Source: Heterodontus francisci
Taxonomy: Eukaryota
Assembly (NCBI RefSeq): GCF_036365525.1
Contig: NC_090381.1
Coordinates: 96,451,613 to 96,515,612 of the forward strand
Direction: 5' to 3'
DNA length: 64,000 nt
Positions 1 to 12,304 of this stretch are shown here, one piece after another. Within the stretch, counting starts at the first letter, position 1. The number at the start of each line of letters is the position of its first letter. The notes under the pieces were generated by a model, which saw only the letters and a program-made list of their open reading frames with translations, had not been told where the DNA came from and made no database searches. The position numbers were made by a program, and so were the translations under genes.

Positions 1-19
1 CACTTTCAGGCAACCTTTG

Positions 20-259
20 TCTGCTACCAATATTAGAGAGACTTCCAAGCCTGTTTGTGAAGAAGACACAGAGACTAGGATGCTTTGGTGGAGACTGTTT
101 ATTGCTTGCCACAGAGCTTAGTTCTCCACCCCTAACAACACCCATTCAGTGCTGGCTGGCTCTTCTTAATATATACATCTGAGTACAATTAACTAATCAA
201 CACCCACACCTGTTCACCCTATTACTGTCAACTACTAGGGTATCTCACATCCATTAACA
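20..259 (-). mobile_element. 5' LTR (~31-259) plus tRNA-iMet primer binding site of a copia (GalEa-like) element running out of the window to the left
   Basis: Minus strand starts TGTTAATGG at 259, contains AATAAA, and is followed by TGGTAGCAGA (29-20), complementary to the 3' end of initiator tRNA-Met. Confidence 0.65.
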
Positions 260-801
260 GAACTTATTAGACACTGGCACAAAGTTAGCAGGCTTTTCTT
301 TAAAGACAGGAGACGAGATGAGTTGACACAGCGGACTTCTCAGGATCTTTTAGAGAGATACTGGAAAGCTGAGCTGGGTTGTGGTCTTCTCTCCTTCCTT
401 GGGAATTCTCTCCTTGGAAGTTCTCTTCTCTCTTTGGAAGTTCTCTTCTTCTCATGCAGGCTGAGCTGAGCTGCAGTTCTGCCATTCAGGCTGATTTTTA
501 AAAACTCCAACCCCTTTTTAAACAGTCCATTCCCAACTCAAAACAATTCAGTGAAACCGGAAACAAAAAGTCCACCTTCTGACCTGCCACTTCTCTGCAT
601 ACATCTTCCCCAATTACCAGGGTTTCTGTTCTATTTTTTAATTTGAGTCATGTGACAACCAGTAAAGGTTGTTGTCAAACAAGTCCTTTCAGTGTCCTCT
701 TGATGACCCTCCTGGAAAAAAGCTGGTCCAACATTTCTTCAGTTTGACTATGAATTCCTCAAAAAAATATATTTCACAAAAACAGAAACAATTTTATAAC
801 A
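260..801 (-). mobile_element. Partial LTR (probably Gypsy type)
   Basis: Minus strand starts TGTTATAAAA at 801, is non-coding, and interrupts the copia pol frame at 802. The terminus resembles the LTR-like element at 26475-27476. Confidence 0.45.
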
Positions 802-2675
802 CTGTCAAGCTATTTTTATTTTGCATCCTTTACCAATTTACCATCTAACTTGTTAGTAGCCACTAGAGCTTCTCTATCGTGAGGGCTCCTACTTCTTGTG
901 GTGCTCCTTGCCTGTTCTCTGGTCCTCGCTCTTGTGAAACCACATCCCCTACTAGATTTCCTATCTCTTTCTGGACTGCTACTACTTGACCTGTCCCTCC
1001 TATGACCAGACTTCCTTTCACAAGTTTGTGACCTTTTCCTTGGACTATGATTATCTTCAGGCTCACTGTCTGAACTTAGATGATGTTTTCTGACCTTCCA
1101 CATTTTCACTTCCTTCTGCCAATCTATAGGTCTGATATCCTGTCCCTTGTCTTGCACATTCAGCCAATGTTTTTATTTCCCTGTGGACTTTCCTGCCCTT
1201 CCTATTATGGTGGCTTCCCTCCATTCACTAGCCCCTTCAGGCATATACGTCACTCTAGTCCCAACTTACAGTAGTTGACCTTTGAGATAAATGGCCTTAA
1301 CTTGATCTTCACTATCATTTGGTCCACTCTCAGTTAGCCCTGTTATCTGCCACAATCTGTTGCTCCTAAAGGTCCGACATATGTACATGTGAAATACATG
1401 GTGCATCATCAGTGTAAATTTGTTCAGGTTCTGTCAATGTGTAATCAGTGCCAATAAGCCAGGAGGAATATACTTTAACGGTGTGGTTGCCATTTTGCAA
1501 AATTACTGTTTTGCTATCAGTGCCTATAACTTTTCCTGGGCCCCTCCATTCTTTCTGCCCTTCTCTTTTGCAATACACCATGTCCCTGGTATTAAAATTC
1601 TTCTCTGATGGCCTGATCTGATACCTCAAAGCTCTCCTGATTTTTTCTGAAACCTCCGCCTTAATAAATGTTCTTTTCCCTGCATACATGGCTTTCAAAT
1701 GTTCCGCAAAAATGAACTAACTGTAGTCCCCTCTGAAGCCGGGGGATGATCCCACATTACCAAAGATATTTTTGGATTCCTGCCATAAATTAATTGAGAG
1801 GGGCTGTAGCCCCCACCATTTGAAGCGTGTTTTTCGCATGTATTGCCCACGCCAGAGCAGTCGTCATTTTACAATTTGGTTGGTTGACTAAAATTTTTCA
1901 GAGCATTTCGTCAATCACGACATGATTTCTCTCACAAATCCCATTCCTAAAAGGACTTTCTGCTGCCTTGTGCATTGCTACAATATTCATATTTTCACAC
2001 ATACTCCTGAACTCATCATTGGCAAATTCTTCTCCATTGTCAGTTAGAAACCTAGCCAGTGCTCCCAGTCCTGGTCCTATCCACCTTTTCATTATCTTGT
2101 CCACTCTTACTTTTTTTTCTTAACTATGAATTACTATTGACAGACTGAATCTAGTCGCTATGTCTATAAAGTGCAGAAGAAAAAGGTTTTTGTCTTTATC
2201 CCATACCTTCAAGTCCATCGCTACGGCTTCATTAAAGTCCCTTTATAATGGGAGACTCACTATTGGTCGAAATGGAGTCCTCCTGTATTTTTTTTTTACA
2301 GATATCACATTTTCACTGATATCTTCGATAAGTTTAGTGTAGTCATCATCTATTACCCTGCATCTTTTAACAGAATCTTCAACCTATAACAAGATGGATG
2401 TGCAAACTGTTGATGTAGTTTTGAAACAATTTGCCTTTTCCCCTTTAAATCCCTACCTCCAGATTCCAATAATAACTCTAACATCCTGCATAGAGATGTT
2501 AGGTCTCACTAAAGGAATACAATAATGTCTTGTCTGTGTAAACCACAAAGCTACAGATCTTCCAAAGACAATCGCCTTATCATGTTCCATATCCAATTTC
2601 ATCTGAGCCTTTTTCATAGATGGTTTACTTAACAGCAAAGTTATTTCACTGAATACTACATCCGTATTAGACACT
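802..2675 (-). mobile_element. Degenerate Ty1/copia (GalEa-like) pol fragment: protease C-terminus, integrase, linker, start of RT
   Basis: Motifs in order: LLLSKPSMKKAQMKLD, KLHQQFAHP, MDLK, FLTDNGEEFANDEF, NGICERNH, WRGPGKVIG. Integrase follows protease directly (copia order). Many stops and frameshifts. Confidence 0.8.
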
Positions 2676-2685
2676 AACAGTTACC

Positions 2686-2890
2686 ACCTCAAAAAATTCA
2701 ATGAAGTTAATCCGGCACAAACTTCCCTTAGCTGACTATCCTTGATTAATCCTTACCTTTCTAAGTGACAGTTTATCCTGTCTCTCAGAATTGATTCCAA
2801 TAATTTGCCCTCTACCGAGGTTAGACTGACTGGCCTGTAATTATTCAGTCTATCATTTGCTCCCTTTTTAAACAATGGTACATTTTAGCA
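2686..2890 (-). mobile_element. CR1 LINE internal RT fragment
   Basis: Reverse-complement similarity to the CR1 RT region at ~18050-18250. Confidence 0.7.
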
Positions 2891-3200
2891 GGACCTCCAA
2901 TCCTAAATGGTTTGATCCGTTGTGCGATCTGAAAACTAGTTTTAGTCCTTACTTTCACTGCTGCTTTGTTTGCAGCCACTGGAGCAATGGCAACTTCTGC
3001 TGCTGCGTCTGTGGATTTCTCCTAAGATTTTCAGCTCGTCATCTCCGCTTTGATCTTTGAAGCGGTCACATTGATTCTTCAACAGCATTTCATTGTGTTG
3101 TATCACATTTGCCTTCTTTATCACAGCAACAGTAGATTTACAGATCAGACATGATGGAAAGGCAGCACTCTTTGCAAAGAAACATCACAGGGGCCAAACT
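2890..3200 (-). mobile_element. hAT (Charlie/SPIN-like) transposase N-terminal remnant
   Basis: Minus frame reads PSCLICKSTVAVIKKANVIQH, like the CLICxxxVAVxKxxNxxRH zinc finger of Charlie/GTF2IRD2-type transposases; SFQIAQRIKPF follows. Confidence 0.55.
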
Positions 3201-3936
3201 CTCAATGCCCCAATCCCTACTACACATAATAGTTCAGCTATCATCACATCATTACACACCTTTGCTTTGTTCTTCAGATTCAATTCATTCTGATATCCAA
3301 TGTCATCCTTTTGCAGTTGACAGAAACTGTACTATGACCTATGAAGGAATCCTTTCTAGTTGAAGTCCTGGAGATTGTTACATTCATGTTCACATCATAA
3401 GGAATCCATGGGCTTATGCCAGCTTAACTTTTATGTTTCACATAACCCTTCTTCCAGCATCAAATAGAATACAGGACATGCTTTTAGGGACCAAATTTAT
3501 TAACACACAAGGATGTGATCTTGCTGGTAATTCACTTGCTTCACATTATACCATGTGCTACTGCAGGCAACCTACTTCTTGCAGAATATTACACGGTGCT
3601 TAACAGTGTATCAATGCACATTGTGGTTGAAGCCTCGGGCCCAGCTTAGTTACTTGACGCTCATTTAGAACTTCACCTGCTGATACTAGATAAAGACTGA
3701 CAGTGAAAAAGCTGAGTCAGACAGAACCAGACCATGCAAACGCAATGGGGGAATCATAGCAAGTCAGCTCAAAATGACAGAAAATGACCTGTGCCTTGGC
3801 AATCCACTACCATTGCAAGAAAGGATGATAACAGCAACAGGTAGCGATGTCTTGTATAGTTATGCATTCCAAAATCTAATAACAAAATCAATAATTCTAT
3901 ACCGTTACATCCAGAAGAAGGAAATAACATCCTTAC

Positions 3937-4042
3937 CTGATATGCTTGAGGGCTGGTCAGTAGCTTAGCAACAGGACCACACCAAGCTGGCAGTGTTGAT
4001 GTGAGTGGTGGACCAGCATGTGTCAGAGCTGGTTTTAAGTAT
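3937..4042 (-). CDS. SLC9A9: Next coding exon of NHE9-like exchanger
   Basis: Reverse complement reads gccacaag|A TAC TTA AAA…GCA TAT CAG|gtaagg. The 106 nt encode (K)[35 protein letters not shown], in phase with the upstream exon (AA+A=Lys). DHKYLKP, WCGP and LLTSPQAY favour NHE9 over NHE6/7. Confidence 0.93.
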
Positions 4043-4062
4043 CTTGTGGCTGAGTTAAGGAA
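4043..4062 (-). promoter_or_regulatory. U12 branch point and 3' splice site
   Basis: Minus strand reads TTCCTTAAC (4062-4054) followed by TCAGCCACAAG and the exon. This is the exact U12 branch consensus at typical short spacing. Confidence 0.88.
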
Positions 4063-4644
4063 ATATTATGCAATTTCTGCTTTGAGATGAAATACATATT
4101 ATAATGGTTGTACTGATAAACTTCACAAGTATATATTACACATGTAACAGCATAGGCACACTTCATATTCGTTTGTTCAGATGGCAATTTTCTGAAATAC
4201 ATTGTGACGTTAGAGAATGTAGGCGAGCACCACTTAGGTGCTCTCTCTGTGGGGTAGAGGAATATACCACGGCATCACTAGACAAAGGCCTGCACTCTAC
4301 TAAACATTTGGGAGTGTAAAAGGCGTATTACTGTAGATTTGTACATGCACATATCTACCCTGAGTATAGGTGTGAAAACCATGAATTTCAAGATGTTATG
4401 TTACATGTGCATGGGCTGAGAGAAGTTAAAATACCATATTTTGTGCAGTAAATAAATAAACCTAGATATGCAGGGTATTATAGTAGATCAGATGTACAAC
4501 TGTAAGGTTCACTACAGGGTTAATAGCTGAAGCTGTGAGGTAAGATTGAGTAGAAGTGCTCCATTTCTCTTGTTATTTTATCTTATTGGCAGGTGCACCT
4601 ATCAAGACATTGTATGAGATGGAAAGTCTGACAATCTTCAGTTG

Positions 4645-5080
4645 GCTGCACTCTCGCCTTGGAGCCAGAAGAATGTGGGGTCAAGCCCCACTCCAGAGAC
4701 TTGAGCACATAATCTGACACTCCAATGCAGTATCGAGGGAGTGTCGCACTATTGGGGGTACTTTCTTTCCGATGAGATTTTAAGCCAAGGCTCTGTCTGC
4801 CCTCTCAGACAGGCAGATGTCTGATGTAAAAGACTACATGGCACTATTTAGAAGAGTAGGGTTCTTTTTTCCCTGTGTCCAGGCTAATATTTATCCCTCA
4901 ACCAACATCAATAAAAAACAGATTATCTGGTCATTATCATACTGCTTTTTGTAGGACCTTGCTGTGTGCAAATTGGCTGCCACATTTCCTACATTACAAA
5001 AGTGACTACTTTTCCAATTATCTAATTACTGCAAGTGCTTTGGAAAGTTCTGAGGTCACGAGTATTTTTAAAACTTTTAT
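4645..5080 (+). mobile_element. DeuSINE-like (SacSINE1/AmnSINE1-related) SINE
   Basis: tRNA-like head plus Deu-type core GATGAGATTTTAAGCCAAGG…GTAAAAGACTACATGGCACTATTT; homologous to 38355-38770 and 55120-55450. Confidence 0.7.
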
Positions 5081-5692
5081 TCTTTCTTTGAGCCGAGATG
5101 GGAGTACTGTGGCTTTTGCCAATAGGGTAGAGGAAGTAATACTGCAGTAGTCATGGGACTCTAACCAGTGATGCAATGCACAATTACTAGCAAAGGATTC
5201 AGTTACATTAACTCTAACTTGGGACTCACTTCTGTCACTATATTGTATACGATTTGTTTATCATTTACAATTAACATCAGCCGGACACAGAATCGGCTCA
5301 AGCATGAAATTGAACCATATATAACACTTACTAAAAGGCAGTGTAGTTCTGCCAGTTCATCCTCCCGTAGGCATGTAAGATGGTCACAAATAGGATCAAT
5401 AGTGTCTCTAAATATAGATTTTCTTGATTTGAGAGGGGTTTAATCTAAACACAAAATTGTTTTGTAAATACAAATGAAGAAGTCCTGCAACTAAAAAAGT
5501 TAATGCTCAGTTTTATTTGGTAAAGGCAGAGCATTACACAAACAAAAGGTTATCAGATTTGGTCCATTCGGCAAACAACAGCAACAATTGAAAAGCTCTT
5601 TTCTTCAGAACTGTCTCACTCTTTGAAAATTGAATGTGCTTATCCTCGAAAGATCAAAGCTTGTGTGAACTGTGATATTTCGAAGATACATG

Positions 5693-7152
5693 AGGGGTGA
5701 TTTTCAGCTGTTCACCTCCCGTTTCTAACCTGAAATATGGGTGGCCAGCAATTAAAAATCAGGTGTCCCTAATCCATTTATGTCCAAGGCCCATCTGGTG
5801 CAATTTTCAAGTGAGCCTGTAAATGGGGAAGTGTGCGTCATTCACTCTATGCTGTTAGCTTATTGAGATTGGGTACTAGGATAGGTCAGAGACTGGGAAT
5901 TCTGTGGCAAGCAACTCACCTCCTGACTCCCCAAAGCCTGTCCACCATCTACAAGGCAAAAGTCAGGAGTGTGATGGAATACTCTCCATTTGCCTGGATG
6001 GGTGCAGCTCCAACAACACTCAAGAAGCTCAACACCATCCAGGACAAAGTAGCCAATCTGATTGGCACGCCATCCACCACTTTCAACATTCACTCCCTTC
6101 ACCACTGACACACAACAGCAGCAGTGTGTACCATCTACAAGATGCGCTGCAGCAATTCACCAAGACTCCTTCGACAGCACCTTGCAAACAGGTGACCTCT
6201 ACCACCAAGGACAAGGGCAGCAGACGCATGGGCACACCACCACCAGCAAGTTCCCCTCCAAGCCACATACCATCCTGACCTGGAACTATATTGCTGTTCC
6301 TACACTGTCGCTGGGTCAAAATCCTGGAACGCCCTTCCTAACCACACTGTGGGAGTACCTGTACCAGATGGACTGCAACGGTTCAAGAAGGCGGCTCACC
6401 ACAACCTTCTCAAGGGCAATCAAGAATGAGCAACAAATGCTGGCCTTGCCAGCGATGCCCACATCCCACGAAAGGATAAATTAAAAAAATTATTGTGGTC
6501 AAACATTCTTTACTCGGTGCAGTCTGTATAGAATAATTATCATCTCTTGAGCTGTAAGGGCTGACTTCAACAAACAGCGGAGAATAGGTGGGCGAGATAT
6601 ACAGCACAGCTACTGCCTGTCTGTAGTCTTGTCGGTGGGAGTCACAAGCCAGTTAGAAACTAGTGCTTCATTTTCATTTTGCCGTGAGCTGTGGGTATCA
6701 AACGAGTGCACTGATGCAGCCCAGCAGTTCTGGGAGGGTGGAAAAATGTCCATTTTTCATGCTGAGCCAGCCAACAGTCAGAGCCTGGAGGGAGGTGAAG
6801 GAAAGAAAGCAATCCCGGAGGTAGGAGGGATGAGGCTAGGGGAAGGGCTTGGATGGGCTGACAACAGCCCTGTTTTTTTTGGTGGGCCTAGAAGGAGCAC
6901 TGGTGCACTTTGTGATGATCTGCTCATTTGTACCTTGAAATTGCAATCCTATGTATGTCACAAGCTCCCGATTTGCATAATTTAATGAAGCAACACCTCT
7001 TTCAGGTAAGCACCTGGGCTGCCCTTTTAAAGGCACTGGCCAATATGGCAGCATGTGGGATCAGAGTGGGAACAGGGCGGTAAGTGCAGCATTTTGAATT
7101 TAGTGCTGCTACCGCCACCTTCCCATCAATGGACCGAGTTAAAATTGGCCCC
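5693..7152. mobile_element. Putative Harbinger-type non-autonomous element interrupted by a LINE
   Basis: Ends AGGGGTGATTTT and AAAATTGGCCCC, both flanked by ATG. Could instead be two separate fragments. Confidence 0.4.
5880..6490 (+). mobile_element. 3' end of a CR1/L2/Crack-group LINE
   Basis: ORF 5833-6108 contains YKAKVRSVMEYSPFAW…LNTIQDK, followed by a 3' UTR and A-rich tail; same family at 8865-8957 and 20757-21092. Confidence 0.8.
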
Positions 7153-8864
7153 ATGTTCTCAGGAGGGTTTTCACTTAATACTTTGACCTTTTCCTTGGTG
7201 AGCTGACTCAATTTGCAATGCCCGAGAAAGACACTGGTGCACCAAGGCAGGTGCTCGTAATTCTTGTTGATATTGGAAGATATGTAAACTAACTGTGGAT
7301 TCGACCGTTGCTGGAAGAATGGACGTTAAAGACACTTGACCATAAAAGAAACTTTGACAGTGCCAATGTTTGTAAATCAGAGGAAAGTGTGTCTTAGAGC
7401 AGCAAACAAATTGGAATTTCAAAGGAAGTGGAAATCTTTCACAGACATGGTCATACTGCAGGTACTGGAGCTGGCAAATCCAAGACACACTATTAGTTTT
7501 GCTTCACTCACTAGTCGGGGAAAACAGAGTTCTGTGCTTATGTGCAGAGTTTCTTCAGCAGTGTCAAATTCCAGTTAAGTAATGTTCGTAAAGAGCATAT
7601 AATGAAAAAATTGTGCCAATTTCTTTCTAAAGAGGGTTAAAAACAATCCTTAAGAAGGTCATTGAGAACTTAAAAAAAAAAGTTCCTTTGCCATGTTTGC
7701 AGTTAGATGCAGTTGCTGAGAAGTTGGAGCAGTGTGAGATTATCTCCTCGAAATGCTCTCTTACCATCTGCTAAAGTATCATGTTTGCAATTTGATGACG
7801 TTTTGCATCAATGTGAAGCCAAAACCATTGTGTATTGACACAAAATGTGTATTATAATTAGCTTATTTGAATTACAATCCAGGCAGATTGCAGAAAGGGT
7901 AGGATGAGGTGCTGCTGCACCTCTGTATATGCTACATCAATTTATTTGCTGTGTTTCAGTTGAAGCTGAAATACAACCAAACAAAAGGCCACAAAAATTA
8001 ATTGCAATTGTATGTAAAAGTGACTTAGGAGAAGTCAGTTTTGAGCACGCTTGCAGATTGAGCGCTCCCAGTGGGAAGCTATGTTGTCAGGTAGTGTGGG
8101 TTGTCGAATTTATCTCCAATCATGATTTCTTTGTTCATGTCATCACCACTGATTGTGAGAGGTTGTGGAATTAACTCTATTACCTCTAATACAGTCCAGG
8201 GCTCATCCCTACACAAATCAGATTTCTAATGTGATTATCTTTTCAGATTTAAGGATTTTCATCAACTTCCACCAACATGAGAAATTGCTGTCAATTAAAT
8301 AAATTTGCTCCTTTAAAAAAAATGATTTCCCTGGAATTTGTGGGGCTTTCCCAAATTTCCTGGTGTAAGTTTGGGTTTGGGGGGGGGGGGTAGAATCAGC
8401 GGAAGGGTGCAAATGGCTGAACATGCCCATTTGTGCCATTTTTTCCAGCGGGTTTCACGTGTCTCTTGCTGAAGTTGGGAGAATCCCGTTGAAAGTTACT
8501 AGCTTCCATTCCATATATACCCACATCAAAATGAAGAATGTTAGCCCTAACAATTGGGATATTTCCCATTTTATATTCCACATTAATATAAAACACTCAC
8601 AGGTCAGACACAGCATGTAACAGAAAAACAAAGCAGCACCTGAATCTCACTTTATTAGTCGACATTTCTTGTACCAGGGATCTCTGTGAACTGCAAGTGG
8701 GTTGTCAATTTAATATCCATTATTGCCACATGATGGGAAGTTGTGGTATGGTCCCCACTAGAAACTGTGCTGAGCTCACCCAACTTAACAGTGCTGCAGC
8801 TTCTGGTCCATAGGGGTTGAGAGGTCCACTCATAGGGAGTGCAATGAGACCGTTACCAGAGGCA

Positions 8865-8957
8865 ACAGCCACCACCTTCTCAAGGGCAACTAGGGATGGG
8901 CAATAAATGCTGGCCTAGCCAGTGATGCTCATATCCCATGAATGAATTAAAAAAAAC
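8865..8957 (+). mobile_element. LINE/SINE 3' tail, same family as 5880-6490
   Basis: CACCACCTTCTCAAGGGCAACTAGGGATGGGCAATAAATGCTGGCC followed by an A-run. Confidence 0.7.
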
Positions 8958-9159
8958 CTACCAAAATATCCTATTAGTGTCATTACACCAACAGATGTCA
9001 ACATATTCAGGAAAGGGGAGAACATTGTCAAGGTGGCAAAAAATTGAAATTTGCTTCAGAAAAGGCAACTAGCAGCTAGAGAAGGCAAGAGAGCAGCAAA
9101 TTCTTGTATGAAATTGCTGTTCGAAAAGACCTATCTCTAGATCTCACTGAAAACAGCAA

Positions 9160-9935
9160 ACGTCTTTACCCAGAGAGTGTTAAGATTGTGGAACATGCTG
9201 TCACAAGGAGTAGTTGATGCAAACAGCACAGATGCATTTAAGGGGAAGCTAGATAAGTTGTTATAGTAAGCTGCCTAAAGGCAGGGCCTCTGCTCATTTC
9301 TCCTCACCTTGCAGTCTTGTGGTTTCCTCTTCAGTTGTTTGTAACTGCCTCCCATTTTAAATTTCAAGTTGTCTAACACCATCATTCACTTTCTCCCTCT
9401 TAGTCTGCATCCCTTTAATCTTCCTTCAATCACTTCCTTTAGCAAGTTCTTATGCCTTAGAATATGGCCATACAATCTTGTTGCATTTTCTTGATGCTAT
9501 TCACTAACGATCTATTTCCCTCCACCATCCTGAGAACGTCTTCATTGCTCTTGTGTTCTCTCCAAGTGACCCGCTTTCATCCTTCTCCAGAACCACATTT
9601 TACAGCTTTCTAGTCTTTGGATATTTGCTTTCCTCAAGGTTCACATTTCAGTCACGTACAATAAGACACTCCAAATCACAGTCTTGATAATTCTTTTCTT
9701 AAGATCTCTACTCATTCCTACACTGAGCAATTCTTTTGTGTTTGAAGAATGCATTCGTTGCCATTTCTATTCTATCGGCAGTAACCATCTAGATAGGTAC
9801 ATGTGGGAGAAAGTAATAAAAGTTATAAAAGGGTTAGATGAAGAGGGGCAGTAAGAGGCTCTTGTGGTGCATACACACAGACATAGATCAGTTGGGCCGA
9901 ATGGCCTGTTTCTGTGCTGTAAATTCCCTGTAAAC
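9160..9935 (+). mobile_element. CR1 3' end split by an RTE insertion
   Basis: CR1 3' motifs at 9160-9258 resume at 9789. Confidence 0.65.
9259..9788 (-). mobile_element. RTE (BovB-like) LINE 3' fragment
   Basis: Minus frames give LKKRIIKTVIWSVLLY…MWFWRRM…SNEDVLRMV…GHILRH…VIEGRLKG; flanked by CTAGATAAGT/CTAGATAGGT (probable TSD). Confidence 0.75.
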
Positions 9936-10539
9936 TGAAATGTGCATCTATTCTCCCAAACATGCCAGAGTATTTGCAGACGTGTCAAACACTTCAGTAC
10001 ACATACCCTTTCCCCATCGTTATTACTGAAATAAAGTTCAGTCGAAAAATAATTTCAGTTAACCTCAGGAAACATCAGAAAATTAAAACTGAAATTCATC
10101 TTTCAAAAGTTTCACAGAGGTTAAATGTTAACCCGAACCCACTAAAGGACAGATTTGTCAATAATAATTTGACTGTAAATATATTGAAAAACAGAAATCT
10201 GATGGTGCGGAGAGGTAGTGAGCAAACTGAAACAAACATACTCATTTTTCACGATCTGTCCAGAACATGGCAGATTTCAGCACAGCAATCAATCTTATTT
10301 TCATCTCATGTCATCTTTCTATTTCATCATACCGGTTATCTTTTCTCTTTTATTTAATAAATGGAACTTTTTCACAAACAGAAAAAGTTGGTGTTGTGAT
10401 ACTGAGAATGCAAAGGCAGTTGAGCAAATACAAGGCTAATCAGTTGAAAGAGAAAAGAATGTCATTGTGAAGCGCCCTGTAACTCCCCGAGTCACAATCA
10501 CTTTCTATTATTTAATTTTAAAGACCAAACAAGTAATCT

Positions 10540-11402
10540 CAACAAAGTACAGTACAGCACAGGAACAGGCCATTCAGCCCTCCAAGCCTGCGCCGATCTT
10601 GATGCCTGCCGAAACTAACACTTTCTGCACAACTGGGGCCCATATCCCTCTATTGCCATCCTATTCATATATTTGTCAAGATGTCTCTTAAACATCGCTA
10701 TCGTATCTGCTTCCACCACCTCCCCTGGCAGCAAGTTCCAGGCACTCACCACCCTCTGTGTAAAAAACTTGCCTCGCACATCCCCTCTAAACTTTGCCCC
10801 TCGCACCTTAAAACTATGTCCCCTAGTAACTGACTCTTCCACCCTGGGAAAAAGCTTCTGACTATCCACTCTGTCCATGCCGCTCATAACTTTGTAAACC
10901 TCTATCATGTCGCCCCTCCACCTCCGTCGTTCCAGTGAAAACAATCCGAGTTTTTCCAACCTCTCCTCATAGCTAATGCCCTCCAGACAGGCAACATCCT
11001 GGCAAACCTCCTCTGTACCCTCTCCAAAGCCTCCACATCCTTCTGGTAGTGTGGCGACCAGAATTACACGCAATATTCTAAGTGTGGCCTAACTAAGGTT
11101 CTGTAAGGTTCATGCAGCATGACTTGCCAATTTTTATACTCTATGCCCTGACCAATGAAGGCAAGCATGCCGTATGCCTTCTTGACTACCTTATTCACCT
11201 GCGTTGCCACTTTCAGTGACCTGTGGACCTGTACGCCCAGATCTCTCTGCCTGTCAATACTCCTAAGGGTTCTGCCATTTACTGTATACCTCCCACCTGC
11301 ATTAGACCTTCCAAAATGCATTACCTCACATTTTTCCGGATTAAACTCCATCTGCCATTTCTCTGCCCAAGTCTCCAACCGATCTACATCCTGCTGTATC
11401 TC
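10540..11402 (-). mobile_element. CR1 LINE 3' portion
   Basis: ORFs 11064-11420 and 10615-11073 contain WQMEFNPEKCEVMHFG, LVRPHLEYC and FFTQRVVSAWN. Confidence 0.92.
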
Positions 11403-11821
11403 ATTGCAGTTTATTTTCAAGAATCATAGTCTACAGCAACATGTCATTGCAAAATATAAACTATACAGGAAGTGGGAAATTGCCTTATTTGTACAGCATC
11501 ACAAAAGGTCAAAGACGGCACAATCCCCTGATAAACAGACCTAGAATCCTGGGTAGTAGAATCAGTCAGTCTGTGATCTACCAAGTTTGTAATCACTTGT
11601 TACCATAATCAAAATGAAAGTTTCCAAGGGTGACTGTACAATTTGGCTTCAATAGTATGTGATTAATGAACAGATACCAGTTGGGCCACATGGCCTGTTT
11701 CTGTGTTGTTACGTCTATGGAATTATTGAGTCTGCATTTCCACGGAGTTCAGCAAGATCAACCTGCATTAAGCCAACTGAAGACAGCTTGGCCAACACTG
11801 TAATTTGATTCTTCTTGGATT

Positions 11822-11965
11822 GGGGGGTTGGTTAGCTTAGTTGGCTAGATGGTTACTGCGTGATGCAGAAAGTCGCCAACAGCGTGGGTTCAATTCCCAT
11901 ACCGGCTGTGGTAGTTCATGCCCCAAGCTTGAGGAGTGGTGACCCTCAAGCTATCCATTACCAAG
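11822..11965 (+). mobile_element. Truncated tRNA-derived SINE
   Basis: A-box-like TAGCTTAGTTGG and B-box-like GGTTCAATTCC; truncated where the next SINE begins. Confidence 0.55.
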
Positions 11966-11967
11966 AT

Positions 11968-12304
11968 CGGGGTGGCGCAGTGGTTAGCACCACAGCCTCA
12001 CAGCTCCAGCGACCCGGGTTCAGTTCCAGGTACTGCCTGTGCGGTGTTTGCAAGTTCTCTCTGTGACTGCGTAGGTTTCTGCCGGGTTCTCCGGTTTCCT
12101 CCCACAGCCAAAGACTTGCAGGTTGATTGGTAAATTGGCCATTGTAAAGTGCCCCTAGTGTAGGTAGGTGGTAGGAGAATGGTGGGGATGGGGTAGGAAA
12201 TATGGGATTAATGTAGGATTAGTATAAGTGGGTGGTTGTTGGTCAGCACAGACTTGGTGGGCCAAAGGGCCTGTTTCAGTACTGTATCTCTCTATGACTC
12301 TATA
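11968..12304 (+). mobile_element. HE1-like V-SINE
   Basis: tRNA head TGGCGCAGTGGTTAGCAC…GGTTCAG, V-domain GGTTTCCTCCCACAG, CR1-like 3' tail; five similar copies in the window. Confidence 0.85.

Noticed and set aside
11968-12030. tRNA-like A/B boxes here and at the other SINE heads
   Set aside because: These are heads of SINEs that continue into V-domain and tail sequence, not tRNA genes.
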